NCBI GenBank assembly: GCA_964019335.1 | Contig: OZ025753.1 | Location: 1 to 64,000 of the forward strand | DNA length: 64,000 nucleotides | Source: Diplonema japonicum | Taxonomy: Eukaryota > Protista > Euglenozoa: Diplonemea | Direction of reading: 5' to 3' | Shown here: piece after piece, positions 34,450-47,925 of the stretch | Layout: every line of letters begins with the position of its first letter | Numbering within the stretch: the first letter of the stretch is position 1 | The notes under the pieces: generated by a model | Told to the model about the DNA's origin: nothing | Databases searched by the model: none | Seen by the model: only the letters and a program-made list of their open reading frames with translations | Made by a program: the position numbers and the translations under genes

Positions 34450-37400
34450 GGCTACGATTGCAAGACAACCAACAACGTGCGTCACAACGCACATTGACGG
34501 TCTCGGGATCGGACAAGATGACAGAGTACAACACCTCAAAATCGCGGTAGGCGCAACCCGATGGTTACACATTTTCAACCTGTATTGTGAAGTGAGGAAG
34601 AACTCGTGCGGAAAGCGGCTGAGAGAGGCACTTCTGGACGGGATACTGAACAAGGCAAGGGCTCTCCTTGGGGACGTTCCAACGTAGCGGGTGATTTCAA
34701 CACCACGGTAGCCGAGTCGCCAGTGCTGAAGACCGCCCTCCAGAGCCACTGGATCGATGCAGCAGCAATGCAAGCACGAAAGGAGGGGCTGGAGGCACCA
34801 CCGTCGTACATAACCAGTACAGCATCAACGAGACCCGACTATATCCTTCTCAATAGTGCCGCTGCGACCACCCTGAAAGAATGCAGAACGGAAGATATTG
34901 GTGTTCCGTCACACAGAGCGGTAACAGTCACCCTGGAAATGGAGCCACCAAGACAATTGGTAAGAGTATATCAAGTACCACAGATCCTCACACAAAGAGA
35001 CACGGCGAATGCGGAAGAGGAAGGGAGCGACATCTTCGGGAAATACAAGCTTGACCGCTTATCGTCATGCACAGCCAGTGAGATCGATGCTTGTTACACG
35101 AGGCTATCAGAAGCTGTGGAGCAGTTTTATCATGCAAGCAAAGCGCAGATGGGGAGAGGTTGCGTGCGTGAACCGAAGCTAAGAGAGTTGATAGCGCCAT
35201 CGACCAGTGGAGGATGCGGTGCAGCGACTTGGAAGGAGCACAAACACGCATTACTTAAAGGAAAGATAAATAGCTTCCTCTCGCGCCTTGGAGACTACGA
35301 AGGGATGCTCCCGTATGATGTACGAAACCAATTAAGGAAAGTGGAAAAGTACGCGGTAGGGATAGGCGTGCATCCAAAGAGAAGCAACATGGAGCAGTGG
35401 ACATGCGTCGGGGACATAACCAAAGAACTCATGGTGATGAGGGAGGAGGCCCACAAGACGTACGCCAAAGAACTGCAACGAATAAAGTCCAAACGCGCGA
35501 AGGCAGAAGAGGCCAGAATTTTATCATATTTCGGAAGAGAGAGGAAGAGGATCCCCTGCACTGCATTTCTGAAATCTGGTGACGCTACTGACATGATGAA
35601 GGCGAAGACAACCGAACAAATTAACAACGGAAAAACCATGACAGCGAGCAACGAGCAGATGTTGGAGGCACTGCGAAGCAAGCGGGATAGCATATTCTGC
35701 ATGTACAGGGGAAAGCAACAACCAAGATATAAGCAGTTCAAGGAAAAGTACAAGGACTACATCAACAACTACGAGATGGAATGCTCCGAGATAACGTGTG
35801 CTGATCTACGCGAAGTGCTGAAGAAAACCAAAGGCAAACACTCATGTGGGGTCGATGGGTGGAGATTCGCCGAAATTGAGGCACTACCTGACACTCTGCT
35901 CAAAGGGTTTGCAAACCTCCTCAACGCCATTGAAAGGACGGGTATATGGCCAGAACCGGTGCTCACCGCCTTAGTAACCATGCTGCCGAAATCGGGAACG
36001 GGGGAGCCCCTGGACCACAGACCGATCACAGTCACGAGTGTCGTGTATAGATTGTGGGCATGCGTGAGGCTGAAGGGAGTGCTCCTATGGCAGGAAGAAT
36101 GGATAGCCAGCACGGGTTTCGACCTGGACATGGCTGTGATGATGTGCTCGCTGAGCTGTCGACGAGGGCTGAAGCAGCGATACTAGGAGGAGCACAATTA
36201 CATGGAGTCGCTGTTGATTTCCAGAAATGTTTTGATACAGTGCCACAGGAGCTATCCCTGAGGCTGGTTGAGGAACTAGGACTACATCCTTGCATAGCGA
36301 GACCACTGCGATATGTCTACGCCAACCTGTCACGGAGACTAAAACTTCCTAATGGAGTCGGAGACCCCTTTGAGGTGACGAATGGCATCCTACAAGGGTG
36401 CCCCCTGTCAGCGGTCCTCATCAACGCCCTCTTGTCGGTGCTCGTAGCAGACATGGAGGAGAGCACCGATGCCATCGTAACCTCGTACGCCGACGACCTC
36501 ACTGCGATGTCCAAGGAAGGGGAGAAGCCGATACAAGAAGCGATGAACGTTGCAAAGATGTTCTGCATGATCACCGGGATGATCATAAGCAAACCAAAGA
36601 CGTTGACATTCTCGACGAAGAAGGGATACGTGTCCAAAGTGAAAGATGGTGAGTTCACTTATGCATCGACGAAGGCTGTGAAAGCACTCGGAGTTACAAT
36701 TTATGTAACAAGAGCACGTCAAGCGGGCCACAAAAGGGTCTCAGACGCGATAGAAGCAGCAAGACGGCTAGGAGCGACACAACTGCCGTTCGTGAAAAAA
36801 TCGTTGATAGTGGCACAAAACATCATCCCGGCGGCCCTATATGGTGTTTTGTACGAGCCACCAACGAGGCAACGCCTTGAAGACCTCAGGATAGCAGTGA
36901 CAGATGCACTTTGGGGACCCAAGTACGCGACTCGTTCATCACCGACCCTACTAAACGTGGTACTCCCTGGCCATACACATGATCCAGTGATGGCAGCTAT
37001 GTACAGGATGTTAGGTGCGTACACCAAGTTGATGAAGAAAGCCCCGGTGAGGAAAAGATGCAGAAGAATTAAAAAGCTGCTGAAGAAGGTGCACAGTAAA
37101 AGAGGCGTAGGGCCGGTGAGCAACCTAAAGCGCAATGTACTTCAACCACTCAGGCTAGGATGGACATGGCTAAGAGCAGTTGCCAAGCAACCAAAGGGAA
37201 TGATGGTACATGAGCATCGCCTTCGTATCAAGAGATACCGCAGAGGACAGATGTGCCGAGAACGACCAACCCTCGAGGGGATAAAAGAGGGTGTGGACGA
37301 ACAGAGGACAAACATGATATGGAAAACAACAAAAGCGTGGCAAATACAGAACAACGCAAGGAGAATGCTGACAGGAGCTCTTGGGATGGTCCACCCCAAG

Positions 37401-38330
37401 GTAGAAGATCCAAGAGTACTGTGCAGGGGATGCGGGGAGGTGGCTGGAACCTACACAGCATACCTGGAGCATATCTACTGGAAGTGCAAAGAGTATGAAT
37501 CTGTACGGAAAGAAGCGATGTACACCACGGTAATGAATTTTCCGAAGGAAGATATGCCTCAATGTCTAAGACTTCATGGAATCATACCGAAAAACTGCAA
37601 AGTACCACAGCCGGAAATTGTGCAGAAACTGCTAGTCAACATGATAACTCTTGCGGACGCAACCAAGATGATAGCAGAAAAGAATGAGAAAAGGGTACAT
37701 GTATGGAGACGCCCTGCGCTATGGAGCAAGTACACAGTACCTGAAATGAGGTGGTTCCGAAAGCACTTGAAGATGAACTTCATAGGAGCACAGATTGTGC
37801 CGGAAGTAGTTAAGTGGCTTTCGAAATTAGAATGGAATAAGCAGGGGTCGGTGACTAGACTAGAGCTAGTGATAGATTTCGAGCTGACGAGTGGGGTGTA
37901 CGTTTTGGGCAGGCAAGACGACAGCACCAAGAGGGCCAACCGATTGGCAAAAATAATTGAAAGACTGATGGGCGCAGCCGAGGCACACGCACCAAAGCCG
38001 TTCATGCCCAAGGAAATAACTGAATCCGTGGCATTACGATCGATAGGTGCACCCAAGCGACTGAAGGGGTACACCGGAAGGCCGAAATTCGCATCCAGCA
38101 GAACGTGCGAAATTCTGGAAAGACAATGCGCAGTACCGACTGCACAGAGAAAAGAGTGGTCCGACCCCTTCGTGCCCGACTACAGAGCACAACAACCTAC
38201 CAGAACGCAGTCCACCCTTCCCGCAGCCATGCATCCTTCAGCACAGAAGGGTAGCAACATCCGCTAGCGCGGTTAAGAAGTTGCTCGTACGCCAGGCGGT
38301 TTATGAAGCAACCAAAGTCATTCTTCTTCT
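34450..38330 (+). mobile_element. 5'-truncated LINE (APE part + RT + C-terminus), frameshifted near 34650 and 36108
   Basis: WLHIFNLYC, AGDFNT, TRPDYILLN, QHGFR, VDFQKCFD, LQGCPLS, SYADD, C..C..HIYWKC, QKGSNIR*; 3' hairpin followed by a (TTC)n/T tail. Confidence 0.9.
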
Positions 38331-38409
38331 TTTTTTTTTTTTTTCTTGTTAAATGTTTGATTCTCACAGGCTCTGGCTTAGAAGAAAAGAAAAAGAAAGA
38401 TACGAATAA

Positions 38410-39650
38410 ATGAACGGTCTTCGGGACATGTTGCTGCTGGCAGCCCTCCTCGCAAGCAGTGCTGCGGCACCACTCAGTCGCATTGGAGGCATCGATGGCA
38501 TGGGTAATGTCTACGACGTGCAAACGATAGGGAACATCGCTTACGTTGCAAGCGGGAACACAGGTCTCATGATATTCGATGTCAGTAATGCGTCGTTGCC
38601 GAAGCTGCTGGGCAGCAGTGTTGATTGCATTGGGTGCAACACGACAGCTCAGTACGTGACTGTGGTGGGCACAACGGCTTACGTGGTTCCTGCTGAAAGT
38701 CCCTATCAATTCCCTGGTGCCATTCACACAGTGTTCGCGATTGTTGATGTGAGCACACCTTCGTCACCGAGGCAGCTGGGGACTTACGAAACGGATCATG
38801 CTTTCTACAACTATCCCATTTTCGTTTCAGGGAATTATGTGTATTCACGTCAGAATGATGTCCATGTGGTGGATGTGAGCACACCGTCGTCGCCCAGCTT
38901 GGTGACAAAGCTTGACAGTGAAAGAAAGTGGAATGCTTACTGTGTTGCTGGGACGACCCTCTTCGCGTATTCTCAAGCAGGCGTCCTGCAGCTCTACGAC
39001 GTGACAATCCCGAGCCTTCCTCAGACCTTGGGCAAACTGACTGTGCAGGGGGGCACATCCTCTTATACCGCTCTCAGTGTTTTTGGGTCTCATCTCTATG
39101 TGGCTTCTGGTACGTTCATCATTATCATCGACATCTCTTCACGTTCGGCCCCAAAGCAGATGGGGACCTTTACCCTCACACGCTTTTTAGCTCTCTCCGT
39201 GTCGGGGAACACAGCTTATGTTGGGACTTACAACGATGACGGGCCTGGTCTTATTGTTGTTGACATCAGCGACCCGTCCACACCGGTACCAGTGGGAAGC
39301 AGCGCTTTCACTTCTGTATCAACCCTCTCTGTGTCTGGGACGAAGGTCTTTGCTGGGTTTGATACTCTGGTGGTCTTCGATGTGAGCAATCCCTCTTCAC
39401 CTCAACCTGTGGGTGGCTACAGCACGAGGGATATCATGATAGGTGTTGAGCTATTTGGTTCGATGGCTGTTGTCACTACTACAACACAAGTTCAAAGCAA
39501 CTTGACTTCATCCCCTCCGCATTTCAAGGCATCCATTTCTTCCCTAACTTCTATCTTGGTATTGCTGTTTCAGATGAGAGGGTTTACGTAGCCAGCTACG
39601 GGCTTTATGTTTTTGAAAAGCCCACTTCAACAGCGGCACCCACAGCATGT
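38410..39650 (+). pseudogene. LVIVD paralogue B, internally deleted (~39506) and 3' truncated
   Basis: Open for ~365 aa, then jumps out of frame to the last propeller blade; stalk truncated, no TM. Confidence 0.8.
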
Positions 39651-39787
39651 GATGTGTTGTGTCACCTTGACGTTAAAAAGAACGTTAAAAATCGACTTCT
39701 TCTTCTTCTCTTTTTTTGCACCCCAAAAAAGTGGTCTCACTTTCCTGAGATAACAAAAAAAAAAAAAAAAAAAAGAATTGTTTTTCT

Positions 39788-39825
39788 AACAACGATCCTA
39801 AAGCTACAATTTCTGTTTCTTATTG
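39788..39825 (+). other. SL exon relic (duplicated at 48211-48248)
   Basis: AACAACGATCCTAAAGCTACAATTTCTGTTTCTTATTG; next ~25 nt are similar to those after the 34287 relic. Confidence 0.65.
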
Positions 39826-39879
39826 GGGAACACTGTTAGGGCGTTCTAATAAGGTCCCTTGAGATAATACACCACAGTC

Positions 39880-40030
39880 GGCACCCGCCAAAGCCCCCAG
39901 AAGGGGGACAACGGGGACTAAGCCTCCTCGTAAGGCCGAGGCCACAGAAAGGGAAAGGGGGGGGAGGGGGGGTAGATAAGTAGAGACAAGGGGGATGTTC
40001 CAAAACAGGAACCTCCTTCATCTCCATCTC
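39880..40030 (+). mobile_element. 3'-end fragment of a LINE close to 12129-18765 (also 48303-48453; shorter piece at ~29015-29078)
   Basis: ggggtagataagtagagacaagggggatgttccaaaacaggaacctccttcatctccatctc is nearly identical to 18705-18765. Confidence 0.8.
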
Positions 40031-40108
40031 TTTGTTTTTCTTTTGTATCTTGTTAAATGTTTGATTCTCTCACAGCCACAGGGTTCGGAAAAGAAAAAAT
40101 ACGAATAA

Positions 40109-43100
40109 ATGAACGGTCTTCGGGGCATGTTGCTGCTGGCAGCCCTCCTCGCAAGCAGTGCTGCGGCACCACTCAGTCGCATTGGAGGCATCGATGTCAT
40201 GGGTGATTTCACCGACGTGCAAACGATAGGGAACATCGCTTACGTTGCAAGCGGGGCCACGGGTCTCATGATATTCGATGTCAGTAATGCGTCGTCGCCG
40301 AAGCTGCTGAGCAGCAGTGCTGATTGCATTGGGTGCAACACGACAGCTCAGTACGTGACTGTGGACGGCACAACGGCTTACGTGGTTCCTGTTCACTATT
40401 ACGATACTCCCGGTCCCAGCTACACAGTGTTCGCGATTGTTGATGTGAGCACACCTTCGTCACCGAGGCAGCTGGGGGTTTACGAAATGGAATATAAGTA
40501 CTATCCCAATTGTCGCATTTTCGTTTCAGGTAGTACTTTTTGGAACTATGTGTTTGCACCGAATCTTTTTGGTACTATCGATGTGGTGGATGTGAGCACA
40601 CCGTCGTCGCCCAGCTTGGTGAAAAGGATTGACCTTGGGTTCAGAGGAGGGGTCCGCAGTAGTTACTACATTGCTGGGGGGACGCTCTTCGCGTATTCTA
40701 AGGCCGTCCTGCACTTCATCGACGTGTCAACCCCATCAGTTCCTGGGCCGCCTCGCAAGATGTACACTAAAAATTTTGATAACCCTCTGTTCAGTGTTGT
40801 TGGGTCTCATCTCTATGTGTATTATGGGGGGGGAGCGAGTGTCACCATCATCGACTTTTCTATACGTGGTTCCGAAAGGCAGATAGGTACCTTTGGTGTT
40901 ATCTTCTGGGCCACATCTTTCTCCGTGTCGGGGAATACAGCTTATTTAGGGAGCAAGGATGGTCTTTATATTTATGACATTACCCGCCCATCCACACCAG
41001 TGGGAAGCTCTTTGAATGCTGTATCAGCCCTCTCTGTGTCTGGGACGAAGGTCTTTGCTGGGGTTCTTCGTAGTCTGGTGGTCTTCGATGTGAGCGATCC
41101 CTCTTCACCTCAACCTGTGAATGACTTCCACGCGAGAGATATGATGATGGGTCTTGAGCTCTTTGGTTCGATGGCAGCTGTTGCTACTTCAAGAGACTTA
41201 AGCAACTTGACCATGCAAACCTACGATGTTCGTGATGCGTCTTCCCCGCAAGAGCTGAGCAGTCTTCTGGTCAGTAAGAATGGACTTGCGACCAACTTCC
41301 TTGCTCTGTCAGGAACGACAGTGTACTTGCCATTCGTGGAAGGAGGATATGTTATTAGTGGTGTTCAAACTGTCAGTGTGAGCGACCCATCTAAGCCCAC
41401 TGTCTTGGGGACGTACACGGCAAATGACACGAATTATGTTTACATTGCGGTTGATGGAACAACAGCTTATGCCATTAATGAGGGATACAAGGAAGGCTTT
41501 ATGGATATCATCGATGCAAGCGTTCCATCATCACCTTCCTTGTTGGGCACCTTTCGGTACAATGGCGCCCGTGGAAATGGAGGCGATGTTAATGGTGTAA
41601 CTGTCAACAATGGCTTTGCTTACATTATCACCACATCCACCACCAACACTTCCCTTTGCATTGTCGATGTGCACCATCCGCAGTCACCCACTCTGTTCAC
41701 CACCTTAGAGGACCTGCCCTGTGAGGGAACAGAAACAGTCACTTCCATAGCCATGCATGGAACCACTGTCTACTATTCGTGTTATGGAATCTTTGGCATC
41801 ATCGACATCAAAGATGCATCGTCGCCTTCACCTCAGCTGATTGGGGGGTACACAGCACAGGTCTTTGACTTCATTGTTGACGGGAACACGGTCTATCTTG
41901 CCTCTTATGCTCAGCTTCTCGTTCTCGATGTGAGCAGACCGTCGTCTCCACAGCTTGTGGACAGCCACTTCATCCCCGCCGCTCTTTTACGCGTCCACAT
42001 CTCCGGATTTCAAAGAAATTTCGCAACCCACACTCCTCTTCTCGCTGTTTCAGGTGGGAGGGTTTACGTAGCCAGCTACGGGCTTTATGTTTTTGGAGAG
42101 CTCACTCCAACAGCACCACCCACATCAGCACCCTCAACAGCACCACCCACATCGGCACCTCCAACAGCACCACCCACTTCGGCACCCTCAACAGCACCAC
42201 CCACATCAGGACCTTCAACACCAGTACCGGACGGAACACCAGCACCCAGTGAGAACAGCAATGACACATTGAAGATTGTGGCTATTGTAGCTGTACTTTC
42301 CCTTGTTACTGTCATTGCCATCGGCGTTGCTTGTGTATGTGAAGACAAAATAAAAATAAAAAAAATAAAGGGGTCCGAATCCCTTTATTTGGGCGGTGAG
42401 GGGGGGTGTTTGGGCTCCAAAAAAAAAAAAGAAATACTGTAAAACGAAAAACTCCCGGACGGAAAAATGTCCGAGTTTTTTTGGTGTGTCCGGGAATTTT
42501 TCCGTCCGGGAGTTTTTTTTGTAAGGTCGTCAGGGGGCCTGGTCCACTACCACCTGCGTACTGGCCTGGGCTGCAAACGGCAGCGCGAAGAAACCCCCAC
42601 CGAACCACTGGGTTCCCTTTCTGCATCTTTGTCCTCCCTTGCTGCACCTGAGGCAATAAGCTTGTCGAGCCTTCGGGTGGCCCACTATTTATAACCTTTC
42701 TTAATAGATGCTTTACAGCATTCAACCCAATATCCATCGGTTGAACCATGTATGTGAGCCCAGGGGGACAAAAGCAATGTGCACGTTTGCGCCTGCGAAC
42801 AACTCTACGAACCCATAGGCATAGGTCGTGTGAGAGTTGTAGTCGCCGACAAACAGCAGAATCGGCCCGTTCGGCAAAAGCATGGGAATCGATGATTTTA
42901 TAGCAAAAAGGGAGAAACAGCTCCGTAGCCCAGATACCGCGTGTATCCCAATGATTGGGCGATGCCGTTAGGCTCCATTCGGTGGGCGCTTGACCGGGGC
43001 ACGGATAATCCCCTGCCGGTTGCGTTTCCGCTTTGCCTTTGTATTTAAGTTGCGGATGCAACTCATCCAGCCAAGGAAACAGCCAGCTGTTCGGTTATAG

Positions 43101-43523
43101 CCCGTTTTGTCCCCCAAGCCACGGAACGACCTTAGCACCCCTTTTCGTTTTGGTTTTTAACTCTGTATTCCAGACCAATTCCGGCCTTACTTTATGGGTG
43201 TCGATTATGGACCTGAATTCGATGGTGGATTGCCATTGCAGACGAGGTTTACGTGCTGGCCGACATTTAACGGGGGATTTATTGTCGCATAGGAGGGTCC
43301 TTTCACTGTCCTTTGCTTGACAAAATGAAAAAAAAAGAACTCAGGTGGATTTGCCCTTAAACGCATCACCTTTTTAATTTAAATTGGGATTCTGAGTCTG
43401 AAAAGTAAATACCCCACACCACAGTATTGCAAAGCGAAGAAGGTGCCGGTCAGTGAGGATGAAGCTCTGGCAGATTTCGGTGACACGAACGATGGCGAAG
43501 ACGACTACGGTGTTGCTGCTTAG
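40109..43523 (+). CDS. LVIVD surface protein C1, intact: join(40109..42334,43425..43523), ~774 aa
   Basis: Signal peptide, LVIVD repeats, short PT stalk, TM; GTATGT donor at 42335 and CACAG acceptor at 43424 give tail YCKAKKVPVSEDEALADFGDTNDGEDDYGVAA*. Confidence 0.8.
42437..43310 (-). mobile_element. pogo-family (DDE_1) transposon remnant inside the C1 intron
   Basis: TA + CTGTAAAACG TIR; minus-strand PPGLTYMVQPMDIGLNAVKHLLRK and GPILL..DYNSH motifs. Confidence 0.75.
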
Positions 43524-44133
43524 GGGTACTGCAGTTTGACTCTGTCTAAGCCCACCGGCAAGCCCCCCGACGAGCCCACCGACTAACCCCCACCGACTAG
43601 CCGTCTACCTAGCAGCAAGCTAATCAAAAGGCAGCAGGAAGAAATCAAATGTAAACAAATAGAAAGAAAAAAAAAAAAAAAAAAGGAAAGAAAGAAAAAA
43701 TAACATAAACCCCAACAACCCTCTTCCCCCATGTGCATTAATAAAAAAAAAAAAGAAAAAAAAAAAGCCATTAGCCAACTGTGGAAAGAGAATACCCATG
43801 TCACAAAGGTGCTAGAACAATAACACAGGCCGACACGAAAGCACGAACGTCTCAACACACTTCCGTTGGCTCCACACAGCCCAGCTGGGTGGGGTCGGTC
43901 TGGTTAGACCAAGAGGAGGTGGAATTTAAAAAAAAAGAAAAAAGAAATGTCTGGGAAGGTTTTCAATGACTAATAATTTTGAACTTTAAAGCTATTTCAT
44001 CACCCCCCCCCCCCCCCCCCTCCCCTCCCCAAGGGAAAAGCCCATAATTCTTCATTTTTCTTTTTTTTAAAAAGGGAGCATCATAAGGTAGGGACGCCTT
44101 CTAACCATTTAATTTCCTATCATTATTTGTGTC

Positions 44134-44360
44134 TGGCGGTGGGGATAATGTGGATATATAAAGAAGTAAATCAGATGTGTTGTTCGCTGTTGACCTCCTC
44201 GTGGGAGAAGCAGATGCTCTGGGTGACGAACAGGCAGCAAACTACACGGGCTCAGAATCTTAGTTACCCGGGACACCCCCGGCTGGGTTGAGCTGCACAC
44301 CGCACACATCACGACGCGGAACGCAGAAGAAGCTGCAGCTCGGCCGAGGTGCGCAAACTG
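44134..44360 (+). mobile_element. SINE-like repeat (catcagatgtg family), 3' truncated; duplicate at 54094-54320
   Basis: Homologous to 18851-19090. Confidence 0.65.
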
Positions 44361-44439
44361 AGAACCTACCCCCCACCACAGCAGCCGACCAATCAGACGC
44401 AGCAGTGTGAATAAAATAAAAAGGAAAAGCCCCCTGAAC

Positions 44440-44620
44440 AAACTTTTACTCGACCTGATGCGACTCGCAACCGGTTCACCTGGGAGGGACGACTGGAACA
44501 ACAAAAAGCTCGTGCCGACCTACCTCGAACTACCCGAAGAACCCCCACCCCATCTGCCGATAGAAATGCAGCGACGCAGAAGGGTAGCAACACAAGATAG
44601 ACCCCCCCCCCCCCCCCCAC
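44440..44620 (+). mobile_element. LINE 3'-terminal fragment (duplicate at ~54402-54680)
   Basis: Ends ..cagaagggtagcaacacaagatag (QKGSNTR*), like 38243-38267. Confidence 0.55.
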
Positions 44621-45442
44621 CACGCTGCACACTTAACTCCAAATAGTGTTGCAACCAAAGCCCCATTTTTTATTCTTTCATTTTTTCTGTACTTCATTGG
44701 TCAAATTCCGCTCGTGCGCACAAACAAAACGAATCCAACGAGCGATAATGTCAAGGGTTGAGTTCGATCCTGACCGTCCCAACTCCACCCTCTCATAGTT
44801 TCACGAGGGGCGCTCCTTTTGTCGTTGTTAGACCTTAGGGTGAGCTGTCTCATCACCCCCCCTCTCCCCCCCTCCCCTCCTCCCCTCCTCCCCTCTCAAA
44901 AGGCGAAAAGCCACAACAATGCTCAATTCTTCAATTTTTAAACTTTTTTCATCACCCCCCCCCCCCCTCCTCCCCTCGGTTTGGCACACATAAGGGTTAA
45001 TGCTTTACCCCCTCTCCCACTCCCCTTTTTATCACCTCTCTGTTTCCTGTTATTTTGTTTTTCAGTGGGGTGGTTTCCCCATCCTGGGGGGGTGGGGGAA
45101 CTGGAAAAAAGAAACCCCCACTTATATCTTCATCAGTACAAAACGCCTGGAGGCATTTGTGATTGTGATTCCCTACGCCGAATCTTGTCCCCTGAAAAGA
45201 ATATGACTTTTTTTCATTCTTTTAAAAGCCATTCTCTCTCAAACACCTTTTTCTTCAATCATCATTATCATTCCTCCCTGGAGGAGTTGCGAGATATGTC
45301 CGAAACTGAGAGATACCTAGTACTGACCATACCCTTCCCCTTTTTACGTCTCTGGGAGCTTGCATGTTAATTTGAATTCTTGTTAAATGTTTGATTCTCA
45401 CAGGCTCTGGTTTAGAAGATATAAAAAAAAAGATACGAATAA

Positions 45443-47140
45443 ATGAACGGTCTTCGGGACATGTTGCTGCTGGCAGCCCTCCTCGCAAGCAGTGCTGCGG
45501 CACCACTCAGTCGCATTGGAGGCATCGATGCCCTCGGTGATGTCAACGACTGTTGATGTGAGCACACCTTCGTCACTGAGGCAGCTGGGGACTTACGAAA
45601 CGGATGATGCTTCCCACTCTCGTGTTTTTATTTCAGGAAAGTATGCGTATTCACGTCAGCCGACACAGGATGATGGGATCCATGTGGTGGATGTGAGCAC
45701 ACCGTCGTCGCCCAGCTTGGTGACAAAGCTTGACACTGAGTTCAAGTGGAGCCTAGATAGTTACTGCGTTGCTGGGACGACGCTCTTTGTGTATTCTCAA
45801 TCTCCAGGCGTCCTGCAGCTCTACGACGTGACAACCCCGTACCTTCCTCAGATATCTATAGTCCCCCTCGGCTCAGTGTTTTTTGGTCTCATCTCTATGT
45901 GGCTTCTATTGTGTCTCGAAGACATCAGCTACCCGTCCACACCGGTACCAGTGCACTTTCACTTCTGTACAAGCCTCTCTGTGTCTGGGACGAAGGTCGT
46001 TGCTGTGTTTTTTCGTAGTCTGGTGGTCTTCGATGTGAGCAATCCCTCTTCACCTCAACCTGTGGGTTGGCTAAAGCACGAGGGGAGATTGCATAGGTGT
46101 TGAGCTATTTGGTTCGACGGCTCTAGTTGTCACGACGCCGCGTTATCGAAGCAACTTGACCATGCAAACGTACGATGTTCGTGATGTGTCTTCCCCGCAA
46201 GAGCTGGGCAGCCTTCTGGTCAGTGACCATCAGGTTCAGACCAACTTCCTTGCTCTGTCAGGAACAACAGTGTACTTGCCATACCAGGACTCTGCTGGTA
46301 TTCAAACCGTCAGCGTGAGTGATTTATCTAAGCCCACTGTCTTGGGGACGTACAAGGAGAATGGCCCGAATTATGAAAACGTTGCGGTTGATGGAACAAC
46401 AGTTTATGCCACTAGCAATAACAAGGACATGGATATCATCGATGCAAGCGTTCCATCATCACCTTCCTTGTTGGGCACCTTTCAGTACAATGGCGACCGT
46501 CTACATGGTGTAACTATCAGCAATGGCTTTGCTTACATTTTCGCCACCACATATACCCCCACCGGATCCAACACTACCCTTTGCATTGTCGATGTGCACC
46601 ATCCACAGTCACCCACTCTGTTCACCACCTTAGAAGACGTCCCTTGTGCGGGAAATATAGGCGATTTCATAGCCATGCATGGAACCACAGTGTGAGCACA
46701 CCGTCGTCTCCACAGCTTGTGGGCAGCCACTTCATCCCCTCCGCATTTCAAGGCATCCATTTCTTCCCTAACTTCTATCTTGGTATTGCTGTTTCAGATG
46801 AGAGGGTTTACGTAGCCAGCTACGGGCTTTATGTTTTTGAAAAGCCCACTTCAACAGCGGCACCCACTTCGACAGTGGCACCCACATTAGCACCACCCTC
46901 AACAGCACCACGCACATCAGCACCACCCTCAACTGCACTACCCACATCGGCACCTGCTACAGCACAACCTACATCAGCACCTCTAACAGCACCACCCACA
47001 TCAGGACCCTCAACACCAGTACCGGACGGAACAGCACCCAGTGAGAACAGCAATGACACATGGAAGATTGTGGCTATTGTAGCGATTGTGACGGCACTTT
47101 CCCATGTCATCGTGATTGCCATCGGTGTTGCTTGTGTATG
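45443..47140 (+). pseudogene. LVIVD paralogue D1 (deletions and frameshifts)
   Basis: Same signal peptide; deletions near 45550, 45850, 45915 and 46690; stalk and TM retained. Confidence 0.85.
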
Positions 47141-47302
47141 TGAAGACAAAATAAACAAAGAAATAAGGGGGATCCTTTTATTTGGGCAGTGGAGGGGGTG
47201 TTTGGGCTCCAAAAAAAACGAATTACTGCAAAACGGAATGGTAGCATGTTGCAGGCTTAGCTTTCTGCAAGGGCTTTTTTTTTTTTTTTTTTTTTTTTTT
47301 TC

Positions 47303-47925
47303 CTTCACCACCGTGGACGCTCTCCTACAGCAGTGAACACAGTCCTCTTGAAAGGGCACACCAACGATCCCCTCTCCTATGTGATATACCACTCCCTGAA
47401 GGTAGTGTCCGGAGCGCTCGACGACGAACGACTACGACAGAGATGCATGCGGATCGCTGCGGGGTACGGCACGGGGTCCACCCATAATGCGTCCCCCTGG
47501 CACCAGAAGGTGACGGCACCGAAGAAGTCGAAGAGAGCATAAGCCAAGTCCCAACAACGACAGTACCACGCACACAAGGGTTCAGGTGCGACCTGTGTGA
47601 ATCACCGTACCCGGACACGGTAACCCTACTCCGCCATCAACTCTACGAGTGCGCCTGCGCACAGGAGCACAGGACGGCTTGGAACCACTGCGCAACAGGA
47701 CAGGATGGCCCCTGTGTCTGGAATTGCACGCGATTCTACCGAGAGGACATGACTTTGCGTACCTAGAGAAGCTGCAGCGATACTTAGCCGTGGTGGTTGA
47801 GAAACGAGACGTAGAGCTCATGCAGAAGGAGGATGTCAACACACAGCCGCTACCGTGGATTCGAAATGTGGTAGGTAAGAGATGCCCCGTTCCGATAGCT
47901 GGCGAGCTCGAAGGAGTGAGCGGGG
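47303..47925 (+). mobile_element. Internal fragment of another LINE of the same group
   Basis: RSPTAVNTVLLKGHTNDP.. and WPLCLELHAILP..LQRYLAVVVEKRD align with post-RT regions of both large LINEs. Confidence 0.7.

Noticed and set aside
42335-42442. C-terminus VCEDKIKIK..EIL* from the ORF track (also 51400-51504)
   Set aside because: Better explained as intron read-through into a repeat and the pogo TIR; a conserved downstream exon exists.
44755-44775. GAGTTCGATCC B-box, suggesting a tRNA
   Set aside because: No cloverleaf or A-box could be built around it.
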